A DNA stretch of 64,000 nt from an uncultured Thermoleophilia bacterium (GTDB lineage Bacteria > Actinomycetota > Thermoleophilia > Miltoncostaeales > Miltoncostaeaceae): positions 377,375 to 441,374 of the forward strand of contig CAWDYN010000007.1 in assembly GCA_963806585.1 (NCBI GenBank), given 5' to 3'. This document shows, piece after piece, positions 38,806 to 49,314 of this stretch; within the stretch, counting starts at the first letter, position 1, and every line of letters starts with the position of its first letter. The notes beneath the pieces are model-generated. The model was not told the DNA's origin. It saw only the letters and a list, made by a program, of their open reading frames with translations, and ran no database searches. Position numbers and translations under genes: made by a program.

Positions 38806-40938
38806 ATGGCCATGAGAGACGACGACAAGCTGGTCCGCCAGCTCTCGCTGCTCGCCTTCCTGATGTCGCAGCAGCGGCCCGTGACGGCGGACGAGATCCA
38901 CGAGGCCGTCGAGGGATACGGCGGCATGACCGAGCAGGCGTTCCTGCGCCGGTTCTACGCCGACCGCTCCGAGATCGAGGCGATGGGCCTGCGCCTGGCC
39001 GTCGAGCGCCCGGGCGACGATCCCTTCCAGGGCGACCTGTACGCCCTGCCGCCCGAGAACTACTACCTGCCCGAGCTCGACTTCGACCAGGCCGAGCTGT
39101 CGGCGCTGCAGACCTGCCTGTACCTGCTGGAGGGGCAGTTCGCCTACGCCGAGCCCCTGCGCCTGGCGCTCCAGCACCTCACGCTCGGACGCCCCAGCCC
39201 GCTCGACGACCACGCGGCCCGCACCGTGTCCGTCAACCTGCTGGGCGGGGACTACTCGCCCGAGGTCGCCGCCCACCTGACCAAGATCGAGTCGGCCATC
39301 AGCCGGCGCAAGACGATCCGCTTCACGTACTACTCGATCGGCCGCGACGAGCGCTCCGACCGCGAGGTGGACCCCTACAGCCTCCTGTACTCGGCCGGGA
39401 ACTGGTACGTGGTCGGCTTCTCGCACGAGCGCAACGCGACGCGCATCTTCCGCCTGTCGCGCATCGAGGCGCGCATCACCTTCAAGACGCGCGCCGAGCA
39501 CGACTTCCCGGCGCCGCAGGACTTCGACCTCTCGCGCTACCGCGACCGCGCGCCCTGGCAGCTCGAGGGCGCCGAGCAGACCGCGACGATCGCCCTCACC
39601 CCGACCATCGCCTGGTGGGTCGAGCAGATGTTCGGCGCCTACGGCTCGACGCAGATCGGCGCGGACGGCGCGGGGGTCTACACGACCTCCTACAACAACC
39701 GGCGTGAGCTGGTGTCGTGGATCCTGGGCCTCGGCGCCGAGGCCCAGGTGCTGAGCCCGCCCGAGCTGCGCGAGGCCGTGGTGGAGGCCCTCGAGCTGGT
39801 GAGCGAGCGCCACCAGGTCGATGGCGGCGCGCCGACCCCCCTCGCCCCGCCCGCCGGCCCGGCGACGTCGGACGAGGCGACGCCCGCACCCCCGGCCACC
39901 GCCGGCGCGCCCGCGCCGCAGGGGACCCCCGAGCGGGTGGTGCCGGCCGAGCGCTTCGCGCGCCTGCTGGCGCTGATGACGCGCCTGCTGGCGGCCTGCG
40001 GCGACTCGGCCGAGGCCCACATCCCGATCGCGGAGCTGCGGGCCTCCCTCAACCTCGACCGGCGGGTGCTCGAGGACGACATCGGCCTGCTCAACCTGAT
40101 CAACTTCGGCGGCGGCTGCTACGCGCTGTACGCCCAGATCGAGGGCGACACGGTGGCGGTGCAGAAGGAGACCTACGGCGACCGCTTCGCGCGGCCCGCC
40201 CGCCTCTCCCCCCTCGAGGCCAAGGCGCTGCTGTGGGCGCTCGACTTCATCGGCGACCGCCTCCCGACCGAGGCCGGCGGATCGCTGAGCTCGGTGCGGG
40301 CGAAGGTCGAGGCGGCCATGGGCGGCGAGGGCCTGCCGACCGTCGAGCTCGGACGGGCCCAGGTGGCCAACGCCGGCGTCGCCGCCGCGGTCAGCCACGC
40401 CATCCGCGAGGACCGCCTGCTCGAGATCGACTACTGGACCGAGTCGCGCGGGGCCATCACCAAGCGCACCATCGAGCCCCACCTGCTCGTCAACGCCCAG
40501 GACGCCTGGTACGTGGTCGCGTTCTGCCGGCGCGCCGACGGCCAGCGCACCTTCCGCCTCGACCGCATCCGCAGCGCGGTGCTGCTGGAGGAGCGCTTCA
40601 CCCGCCGCCCCGAGATCGCGATGTCGGGCCCCTACATGCCCTGGGGCGCCCACCCGCAGCCCGGCGAGACCGTCGCCCAGAGCGCGTCGGTGTGGTGCAA
40701 CCCCGCCCTCGCGCGCTGGATGCTGGAGAAGCACCGCTCGCGCGAGCGCTTCGCCGACGGGTCGGTGCTCGTCGAGATCCCCTACGCGAGCGAGGACTGG
40801 CTCGTGAAGGAGCTGCTCAAGTACCAGGGCGACGCGGTGCTGTTCGAGCCGGTCGCCCTCCGGCGCACGGTCGCCGAGCTGGCCGCGGAGGTGCTCGCCG
40901 GCTACGGGGCCGGCCGCCGCCCGACCGCCCGGGTCTAG
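38806..40938 (+). CDS. pafBC: fused PafB-PafC type WYL-domain transcriptional activator
   Basis: Two tandem wHTH-WYL-WCX units (AFLRRFYADRSEIEAMG; REVDPY...WYVVG...FRLSRI; RTIEP...WYVVAFC...FRLDRI) joined by Pro/Ala linker; intact 710 aa. Confidence 0.88.
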   Translation: MAMRDDDKLVRQLSLLAFLMSQQRPVTADEIHEAVEGYGGMTEQAFLRRFYADRSEIEAMGLRLAVERPGDDPFQGDLYALPPENYYLPELDFDQAELSALQTCLYLLEGQFAYAEPLRLALQHLTLGRPSPLDDHAARTVSVNLLGGDYSPEVAAHLTKIESAISRRKTIRFTYYSIGRDERSDREVDPYSLLYSAGNWYVVGFSHERNATRIFRLSRIEARITFKTRAEHDFPAPQDFDLSRYRDRAPWQLEGAEQTATIALTPTIAWWVEQMFGAYGSTQIGADGAGVYTTSYNNRRELVSWILGLGAEAQVLSPPELREAVVEALELVSERHQVDGGAPTPLAPPAGPATSDEATPAPPATAGAPAPQGTPERVVPAERFARLLALMTRLLAACGDSAEAHIPIAELRASLNLDRRVLEDDIGLLNLINFGGGCYALYAQIEGDTVAVQKETYGDRFARPARLSPLEAKALLWALDFIGDRLPTEAGGSLSSVRAKVEAAMGGEGLPTVELGRAQVANAGVAAAVSHAIREDRLLEIDYWTESRGAITKRTIEPHLLVNAQDAWYVVAFCRRADGQRTFRLDRIRSAVLLEERFTRRPEIAMSGPYMPWGAHPQPGETVAQSASVWCNPALARWMLEKHRSRERFADGSVLVEIPYASEDWLVKELLKYQGDAVLFEPVALRRTVAELAAEVLAGYGAGRRPTARV

Positions 40939-40951
40939 CGCCGCCCCGCTC

Positions 40952-41596
40952 TCAGGGCTCGTCGCGGCGGCGCATCGCGCGGGCGGCCACGACCGTCAGC
41001 GCGGCCGCGGCGAGCATCACCAGCAGCGACTCGGCGGGCATGTCGGTGACCACGTCGTAGGTGCCGTGGAACGGGGTGGCGTGCTTGTCGCCCGAGATGA
41101 TGCGGTCGCCGATGCCCACCAGCGCGGCCGCGCCCACCAGCGCCGCCAGGCTGATCAGCGCCGGATGGCGGGGCGCCGCCCCCGTCTGGCGCAGGATCAG
41201 CGCCGACTTGAGCAGCTTGGCCGCCTTGGCCAGGTACAGCACCTGCAGCACCCGCATGCCCTGGATGCTGGACAGCGCCCGGGCCGCCAGCAGCCCCTCG
41301 AGGATGTTGGTGAGCAGCGGGAAGGTGGCGATCAGGATCACGATGCCGAACAGGTGCCCGCGCGCCCACGCCCGCTTGCGCCTGACCACGCTCAGCATGA
41401 TCACGGCCTCCACCAGGAAGACCAGCCAGATCGACCAGGCCATCGACACGGCCAGCACCGCGACCCACCCCTCGAGCGACGAGAAGTAGAGCAGCACCGT
41501 GGGGATGGCCAGCCAGGCCGCCGCCAGGACGGGCCCTCGCAGGCGCGTCTCCCACCGCGCGCCGCGGGGGTCGGCGATGGGATCGATGCCGGCCAC
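40952..41596 (-). CDS. membrane protein resembling the S1-S4 part of ion transporters
   Basis: RWETRL...WSIWLVFLVEAVIML...ILIATFP; about 6 hydrophobic segments; no GYG filter seen. Confidence 0.65.
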   Translation of the reverse strand: MAGIDPIADPRGARWETRLRGPVLAAAWLAIPTVLLYFSSLEGWVAVLAVSMAWSIWLVFLVEAVIMLSVVRRKRAWARGHLFGIVILIATFPLLTNILEGLLAARALSSIQGMRVLQVLYLAKAAKLLKSALILRQTGAAPRHPALISLAALVGAAALVGIGDRIISGDKHATPFHGTYDVVTDMPAESLLVMLAAAALTVVAARAMRRRDEP

Positions 41597-41641
41597 GACG
41601 ACCCAGGATAGAGCCCCCGGCCCGCGCGTGGCGGGCCCGCG

Positions 41642-42770
41642 TCACCCCTTCGTCCCGGCCGCCCGCGCCCCGGGCGCCGCCCAGTAGCGCCGGCCGTCGC
41701 CCCGCACCACCACCCCCTCCACCTCCAGGAGCGCCAGCGCCCCGGCCACGGCCGCCGGATCCTCCCGCAGCTCCTGGCCCAGGCGATCGGCGTCCATCGG
41801 CTCCCGCGCCAGGCGCTCGTGGATGCGCCCGGCCAGGCCGTCGAGACGCGGCGGGCGGGCGGGCGCGGCCCGGATCCACCCGGCGTGGGGCATCTCCGCG
41901 CGCACGTCCTCGGCGCCCTCCAGCAGCGCCGCCCCGGCCCGCAGAAGGCCGTTGCAGCCCTCCGAGGCGAGCGCGCCGGGCCAGCCGGGAACCGCGAGCA
42001 CCGGCCGGCCGAGCTCCAGGGCGAAATCGGCCGTGATGAGGGCACCCGAGCGCGCGCCGGCCTCCACGACGGCCACGGCGCCGGCGAGCCCGGCCACGAT
42101 CCGGTTGCGGGCCGGGAAGCGCCACGGCGCCGGCGGCGTGCCGGGCCAGTATTCGGACAGCAGCGCACCGCGCTCCACGACGCGCGCCGCCAGGTCGCGG
42201 TTGCGCCGCGGGTAGGGCACGTCCACGCCGCACCCGAGCACGGCGACGGTGGTGCCGCCGGCCCGCAGGGCGCCCTCGTGGGCCGCCGCGTCGATCCCGT
42301 GGGCCAGCCCGCTCACCACGACCGCCCCTGCGTCCGCGAGCGCGCCGGCCAGCTCGCGGGCGAACGCGATGCCCGGCGCCGTCGCGCGCCGGCTGCCCAC
42401 GATGGCGACCACCGGACCCTCGGCGAGCCGGGCGAGCGCCTCATCGACCGCCCCGCGCGCGAAGAGGCCGAAGGGCGGGTCCGGCAGCCGGCGCAGCTCG
42501 TCCGGGTAGGCCGCGGCGGGCAGCCCGACGTGAGCCACGCCGCTGGCCTCCAGGCGGCCGGCGTCGGCCGCGGTGTCGATCCCCCGGCGCAGGCGATGCG
42601 CCTCGTCCAGCTCGGCCCCGGCGCAGCGCATCCAGCGACCGAGGTCGGCGCCGGCCCGCGCGCCAGAGCCGCTCCGGGCCACCGGCCGCCCGCGCGGGAC
42701 GCTGCAGGTCGCGGCCCAGGGCCTGGGCGAGTCGCGCGAGGCCGAGGGGCCAGTCGTCGCCCGCGCTCAC
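41642..42770 (-). CDS. dprA: DNA-processing protein DprA (frameshift near N-terminus)
   Basis: YPDELRRLPDPP, VAIVGSR, VVSGLAHGID, FPARNRIVAGL, EAGARSGALITA. Confidence 0.95.
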
Positions 42771-44296
42771 GCCCCGTCCGACGCCGGTCCCGCGGTAGCC
42801 GAGCGCCTCGGCCAGGTGATCGGCCGCGACGCCGTCGGCGCCGTCGAGGTCGGCGATCGTCCGGGCCACGCGCAGGAGCCGGTCGTGGGCGCGCGCCGAC
42901 AGGGCGAGCCGGTTGACGGCCCGCGCCAGCAGCGTGCGCGCCGCCGGGGCGAGCTCGGCGGCGGCGCGGGCCTCGGCGGGGCCGAGCTCGGCGTTGGGCC
43001 GCGGCTGCCCACGCTCGGCGGCGCGGACGCGGGCGCGCGCGACCCGCCCCCGCACGGCCTCGCTCGGCTCCGCGCAGGAGCGCCCCATGAGCTCGTCGCG
43101 ATCGAGGCGGGGCACCGATACGTGCAGGTCGATGCGATCGGCCACCGGGCCGGAGAGCCGGGCGCGGTACGCCTCGGCCCGCCCCGGCGGGCAGACGCAG
43201 CGGCGTGCCGGGATCGCCGTCGAAACCGCAGGGGCACGGGTTGCCGGCGCACATCAGCAGGGGCCGCGCCGGGAAGCGCGCGCTCATCATCGACCGGGTC
43301 ACGTCGATGCGACCCTCCTCCAGCGGCTGCCGCAGCGCGTCGAGGGCCGACGGGGCGAAGGCGCAGACCTCGTCGAGGAACAGCACGCCGTGATGGGCGA
43401 GGCTGACCTCCCCGGGCCGCGGGAAGCGCCCCCCGCCGACCAGCCCGGCGGCGGAGATCGTGTGGTGGGGCGCGCGGAAGGGGCGCCGCACGACGAGCGG
43501 GCACCCGGCGTCGAGCAGGCCGGCGACCGAGTGGATGCGCGTGACCTCGATGGCCTCTTCGAGCCGCAGGGGCGGCAGGATCCCCGGCACGCGGCGGGCG
43601 AGCATCGTCTTGCCGCCTCCCGGCGGGCCGACCATGAGCATCGAATGCCCGCCCGCGGCGGCGATCTCGAGCGCGCGGCGGGCGGACGCCCTGGCCCCGG
43701 ACCTCGGACATGTCCGCCCCCTCCACCGCTCCGGGCGTCCGAGCAGGGCCTCCGGGTCGAGCGGGACCAGGTCGGGCTGGGCGCGGCCCTCGAGCAGGTC
43801 GACCGCGCCCCGGAGGGTGGTCGCGCCGAGGACCTCGACGCCGTGGACCAGTCCCGCCTCGGCGGCGTTGGCGCGCGGCACGACGATCCGGGCCCAGCCC
43901 GCCCGCGCGGCGTGCTCGGCCATCGCGAGGGCGCCCGGCACCGGGCGCAGCGCAGCCGTCGAGCGCGAGCTCCCCGACCGCGCCGAGGCCGGCGACGGCC
44001 TCCGGCGGGAGCTGCCCGGACGCGACCAGGATCGCCAGGGCGAGCGGCAGGTCGTACTGGGGTCCCGCCTTGCGCAGGTCGGCCGGGGCGAGGTTGGCGA
44101 CGATCCTGCGGGCCGGCACCCCGAAGGCCTGGTTGACCAGCCCCGAGCGGACCCGCTCGCGCGCCTCCTGGACGGCCACGTCGGCCAGTCCGACGATCGA
44201 GAACGCCGGCAGGCCCGCCCGGAGATCGACCTCCACCTGGACGGTCGAGGTCTCCAGGCCGAGGACGGCGGGGCTGACGAGTCGGGCGACCACCAC
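42767..44296 (-). CDS. comM: ComM/YifB Mg-chelatase-like AAA+ ATPase (frameshifted)
   Basis: VGLAD..VQEARERV, NLAPADLRK, GPPGGGKTMLA, PFRAPHH, PGEVSLAHHGVLFLDE, NPCPCG, DRID, RVARTIADL. Confidence 0.95.
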   Translation of the reverse strand: MVVARLVSPAVLGLETSTVQVEVDLRAGLPAFSIVGLADVAVQEARERVRSGLVNQAFGVPARRIVANLAPADLRKAGPQYDLPLALAILVASGQLPPEAVAGLGAVGELALDGCAAPGAGRPRDGRARRAGGLGPDRRAARQRRRGGTGPRRRGPRRDHPPGRGRPARGPRPARPGPARPGGPARTPGAVEGADMSEVRGQGVRPPRARDRRRGRAFDAHGRPAGRRQDDARPPRAGDPAAPAARRGHRGHAHPLGRRPARRRVPARRAAPLPRAPPHDLRRRAGRRGALPAARGGQPRPSRRAVPRRGLRLRPVGPRRAAAAAGGGSHRRDPVDDERALPGAAPADVRRQPVPLRFRRRSRHAAASARRGGPRRTAPGSPARWPIASTCTYRCPASIATSSWGAPARSRARPCGGGSRAPASAPPSVGSRGPTPSSAPPRPAPPPSSPRRRARCWRGPSTGSPCRRAPTTGSCAWPGRSPTSTAPTASRPITWPRRSATAGPASDGA

Positions 44297-44311
44297 GCCA
44301 GGCTTCCAGGG

Positions 44312-44345
44312 TCCGGCGCACGCATCCGCGCGCGGATGCGCCGGA
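44312..44345. repeat. palindrome upstream of comM
   Basis: Perfect 20-bp CGCATCCGCG|CGCGGATGCG at 44321-44340, extended by TCCGG/CCGGA with a 4-nt CGCA duplication. Confidence 0.8.
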
Positions 44346-44400
44346 GACGCACGACATGCGACAGTCGACGGCCTAATCTTGGGCGACCGAGGAGGTTGCC

Positions 44401-44732
44401 GTGAGGTTCGACCACGTCGCCCAGGAGGTCCCCGACATCGCCGAGGCCGTCGAGTGGCAGCGGAGCGGACCGTGCCCGGGACGCGGGTCCTGCACCAGGA
44501 TCCGACGTGGGCGCTCGTCGAGTCCGGCGGCGCGAAGCTGGCGTTCGTGCTGCCCGGCCAGCACCCCAGCCACCTCGCGTTCCGCGTGGACGCGGCGGAG
44601 CTCGAGCGCCTCGCCGCCGAGAACGGGGTCGAGATCGCGACCCACCGCGACGCCACCCGGAGCATCTACCTGCACGGGCCAGGTTCCCTCGCGACCGAAA
44701 TGATCACGTACCCGGAGGACGGGGCCGACTGA
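44401..44732 (+). CDS. VOC/glyoxalase family protein (frameshifted)
   Basis: FDHVAQEVPDIAEAVEW...HLAF...HRDATRSIYL; GAGGAGG SD. Confidence 0.85.
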
Positions 44733-44821
44733 AGCCGCGTCCAGCCGATGAACCGCCCCCGCAGCCGCGGCGTCCGCGCGGCTCCGATCGCCTCCCGAAC
44801 CGACGAGGACCGCCGCCTCCC

Positions 44822-46304
44822 GTGTCGCCCCTCCGCTCCCTAGCCCTCCTCGCCGCCGCCGCGGCCGCACTCGGCGCCGCCGCGCCCGGCGCCCTCGGGG
44901 CGGTCCCGAACGACCCGCGCTACGCCGAGCAGTGGAGCCTGCCGACGATCGGGGCGCCCCTGGCCTGGGACGTCACCACCGGCGGGGCACCCGGCGTGCG
45001 CGTCGCGGTCATCGACTCGGGCGTGGAGGAGGACCAGCCCGACCTGGCCCCCGACCTCGGCGCCGGCAACCCGGGCGAGATCGGCGGCGGGCGCGAGAGC
45101 AACGGCGTTCGACGACGACGGCAACGGCAAGGTGGACGACTGGCGCGGCTGGGACTTCGTCGGCGACGACAACGACCCCCAGGACACCACGAGCTCGCGC
45201 CACGGAACCCACGTCGCCGGCATCATCGCCAGCCGGGGCGACAACGGCCTGGGGATCGCGGGCGTCGCCTGGCAGGCCCGGCTGGTGCCGCTGCGGGTGC
45301 TGGGATCGAACGGCGCGGGCAGCAGCGCGGACGCCGCCGACGCCATCGCGTACGCCTCCGACCTCGGGATCCGGATCGTCAACGGCAGCTTCGGGAGCAC
45401 CACGCCGTCGACGGCGATCCGCGACGCGATCGCGAACGCGCCCAACACCCTCTTCGTGGTGGCGGCCGGCAACGGGGGCGAGGACGGGGTCGGCGACGAC
45501 GACGACGTGTCGCCGTTCTACCCCTGCTCCTTCGACCTCGCGAACGTGATCTGCGTGGCCGCCACCGACGCCAACGACACGCTGGCGTCCTTCTCCAACC
45601 GCGGAGCGGTCTCCGTGGACCTGGCGGCGCCGGGCGTCAGCATCCTCAGCACCTCCGAGTCGGCGGGCTACTCGGCCCTGTCGGGCACCTCGTTCGCGGC
45701 GCCGCTGGTGACCGGGACGGCGGCGCTGGTGCTGGCCCGCACGCCGGGCGCGACCACCCAGCAACTGCGCGCGGCGATCCTCGATCGGGTTCAGCACCTC
45801 CCCGCGCTGGCCGGCAAGGTCGCGACCGGCGGCCGCCTGAGCGCGAGCGGAGCCGTGGGCACGGCCTCGCCCCCGTCCACGCCGCCCGCGTCGGCTCCGA
45901 GCGGCGCGTCGCCCGCGCCCGCGCTCGCGCCCGTCCCGGTGCCCGTCCCCGTCGTGAAGGACGCCCCGCCGGCCCGCCCGAAGGCGTCCGTGCGCCACTC
46001 CGGGAGGCGCTGGTTCTTCTCCCTGAAGCTCGGGGAGCGGTCCAGGACGAGCGCCCTGCTGCAACGCCGCGCGCCGCCGGCCAAGGGGCGGCGCGTGCGC
46101 TACGTCAGGGTCAAGGGCGTGCGCGCGAGGCCCCTGAAAGCGGGAATCCGGCGGATTGCGCTGGGAGCGCTGCGCCCCGGCAAGTACCGTCTCCGGATTC
46201 GCGTGGTGGGCTCGCGCAGGAAGACGACCATCGTGCGCTCGTTCCGGGTCCTGCCGAAACGCTCCAAGAGGGCAGCCACGTCCCATGTCGCTCGCGGCGG
46301 CTGA
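44822..46304 (+). CDS. secreted S8 subtilase with basic C-terminal domain (one frameshift)
   Basis: Signal peptide, PNDP, AVIDSG (Asp), HGTHVAG (His), AAGN, SGTSFAAP (Ser). Confidence 0.93.
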
Positions 46305-48061
46305 CAGCAGGCAGCGCAGGGGGGCACCCGCGCCACGCCGGCGCGCGGTCGCGGCGCTCGCGGCCGTCCTGGGCGCCACCGCCGTGCTCGCCGGCACGGG
46401 ATCCGCGGACACGTCCACGCCGGTGTTCGGCGACCCCAGGGGCGACAGCGGAGCGGCCGTTAACCTGCTCTCCAACGTGATGACCCACGTCGAGAACGGC
46501 CCGGGGACGGCGGCCGACGACCAGCTGCTGCTGACCTCGGTGCTCTCGAAGGCCGATCAGGGGGCCCGTTTCGGCTCCGACGACCGTGTCTTCTGGTACC
46601 TCAACACGGACAACAACCCGGCGACGGGCGGTCCCGGGGCGGTTCCGGGGTTCTCCGCGATCGGTGCCGAGTACGCGGTGGTCCTGTTCGGGCGCGACGC
46701 CCCCGCGACGGTCCCCGACGTCGAGCTGCGCGCCTGGAACGGGAGCGACTTCGCCTTCGTGAGGGACCTCACCGCGTCCGAGGTCCTCATCGACCCGGGC
46801 CGGGGCATCGTCGGGCTGCAGCTGCCCCTGGCCGAGGTCGGCGCGGCCCGGGGCTCCACCCTGGCGCTGGTGCAGTTCTCGCGCACCGTCTCGGGGTCCG
46901 ACTCGGACTTCGCGCCCGACGCCCCCCCGCGCTACACGCTCGCGATCCCGGCGGCGCCGGCGCCGCCGGTGGTCACGGCGGCCGCGAGCGCGGTCGCCGC
47001 GGGCGGCAGCAGCCTCACCGTCGGCGCCACGGTTCGACCCCCGGGGCCTGCCCACGACGTTCCGCTTCCAGTACGGGACGACCGCGGCCTACGGATTCGA
47101 GACCTCCACGGGCGACGCCGGTTCCGGCACCTCCCCCGTCTCGGTCACGGCCACGGTGACCGGGCTGACGCCCGCCACGACCTACAACTTCCGCGTCATC
47201 GCCACCAACGCGGCCGGAACCACGCTGGGCCCCAACCAGGTCGCCACCACCATCGCGCCGGCGCCCACCGCGACGACCGCCGAGGCCCTGGTCACCGGCA
47301 CGAGATCGGCGCTCGTGAGCGGTGTGGTGGGGACGCACGGGGTCGCGGGCACGGCGTACTTCGTCTGGGGGAGGACGGCCGGCCGGCTCTCGTCGCGAAC
47401 CCGGGCGCGCGCGGTCGACGGCGACCGCGTGACGGTGCGGGCCGCCCTGCGCGGGCTGACGCCCAATCGGCGCTACCACTACCGGGTGGTCGTCGAGACC
47501 CCGGGCGGACGCGTCCAGGGGCGGGTGATGGCCTTCGTCGCCCGCCGGAGCCGGGCGGTGGCCGACGTCAGGCCGCGTCGCGGCGCCGACGTCGCGGGCC
47601 GCGCCACGCTGCGCCGGCTGCGCACCACCGTGCGGGCGGTCAGCGCGACGAGCGGCCGCACCGTCACGGCCCGCGCGGCGCTGCGCTCCGCCCGCCTCAC
47701 GGTCTCGTGCACGCGCGGCTGCCGGCTCAGCGAGGTCGTCGGCCTGGACCGCCGCTCGCCCCGCGTCGGCCACATCGCCGGCCCCCGCCACCGCTTCCGG
47801 GGCACCGGCGCCCGCGCGTCGGGCGGCGAGGTGACGCTGGCCGTGCGGCGCTCCGCCCGGCGGGTCGCCGTGGACCTGGCCCCCCTGTTCAGCGACGGCC
47901 GGGGCCACCCCTACCTGTTCCCGAAGGGCTCCACGATCCTCATCCGCGTGGGCGGGCCCGGCCTGATCCCCTCGGCCACCCGCGTCACCCTGGGAGCCAC
48001 GACCACCACCCAGCGCTGCGCGCTGGCGGCGGGCCGCGCCGTGGCGTGCCGCACCCGGTGA
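46285..48061 (+). CDS. secreted fibronectin type III-like repeat protein (one frameshift)
   Basis: Signal peptide; F.YGTT..YG, TGLTPATTYNFRVIATN, GLTPNRRYHYRVV; Arg-rich C-terminal domain. Confidence 0.8.
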
Positions 48062-48257
48062 GCACCTACGACCGCCTCGCCGGCCTGCCGGTGCGCGTCG
48101 AGGGGTACTCGCGCTCGAGGTGCTCGCGCTCGATCCGGGCGAGGACGTCCGCCGCCTGACCACCGTGATCCACCTGCACGGCGGCGGCGAGGAGGGCATC
48201 GGAGAGGACCCCCTGCCGGTGAGCGCCTGGCCGATCGGATTCCGCCGGGGGGAGTGA
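48058..48257 (+). pseudogene. N-terminal fragment of an enolase-superfamily-like protein
   Basis: STYDRLAGLPVRVEGYS...TTVIHLHGGGEEGIGED then stop after about 65 codons; family call is from recollection of similar N-termini. Confidence 0.45.
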
Positions 48258-48302
48258 CGCTCGCGGGTCGATCCGTGACGGGCCGGGCGTCAGCCTCGCG
48301 CG

Positions 48303-48676
48303 ATGACGGATGCGCGCGCGAGCAGGGGCCGGGCCGGCGAGAGGGCCGCCGAGCGCCACATGGTGAGGCGCGGTTGGACGGTGCTGGCCCGACGGTGGCG
48401 GGGCGCGGGGGTGAGCTGGACCTCGTGATCGCGCGCGGGCGCGTCGTCGCGATGTGCGAGGTCAAGACCCGCGGCAGCGCCGAGGCCCTCACCGAGCCGC
48501 TCGCCGCCGCCCAGCGGGCCCGCATCGCCCGCGCCGCCGAGGCCTACCTCGCCGCCCACCCGCAGCTGCGCGAGCGCCGCCTGCGGATCGACCTGATCAC
48601 GGTCCACGCTGGGCGCCTGCGCGCCCGGGTCCGCCATCACCCCGGATACGCCGCCGATCTGAACGAACGGCGGTGA
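48303..48676 (+). CDS. yraN: YraN family nuclease (one frameshift)
   Basis: GRAGERAAERH...GWTVLARRWR..GELDLV...EVKTR...LRIDLI. Confidence 0.92.
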
Positions 48677-49294
48677 ACCGGGGACATGCCCTCGGCCGCC
48701 AGGGCGGCGTGATGGTCGGGGGTCGCGTAACCCATGTGGCGCTCGAAGCCGAAGCCGGGGTAGGCCCGCGCCAGGGGCCCGCGCATGAGCCGGTCGCGCG
48801 TGACCTTGGCGATCACCGACGCCGCCGCGATGCAGGCGCTGGTGCGGTCGCCGCCCACCACCGCGCGGTGCTCCGGAGCCGCCTGCCCCAGCCGGAACCC
48901 GTCCACCAGGCACATCGACGGGCACGGGTCGATCGCGGCCAGGGCGCGCGCGAGCAGGCGCAGGTTGGTGCGGTGCAGGCCGTCGCGGTCGATCGTCGCC
49001 GGCGACGCGCGAGCACCACGACACCTGCTCGGCGTGGCGCATGACGCGTCGGCCACTGCGCCCGCACGTCCGGGCGCAGGCGCTTGGAGTCGTCCAGGTC
49101 GCCCAGCGCGCGCCGGCGCGCGCGGGTCAGCCACCGAGGTCGAGGCAGACGCCGACGACGACGAGCGGACCTGCGAGGCAGCCCCCGCCCGGCCTCGTCG
49201 GCTCCCGCGACGCGCGGCGCGCCGAGCGCGCGGTCATGGGCGAACAGCCGGCGCGGCCGGCCGGTGCGGATCCGGTCGCCGGCGACGCGCCCAT
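48637..49294 (-). CDS. rnhB: ribonuclease HII (frameshifted)
   Basis: [48 protein letters not shown]. Confidence 0.93.
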
Positions 49295-49314
49295 CGCCCG
49301 CGCGAGCCCTCGGG

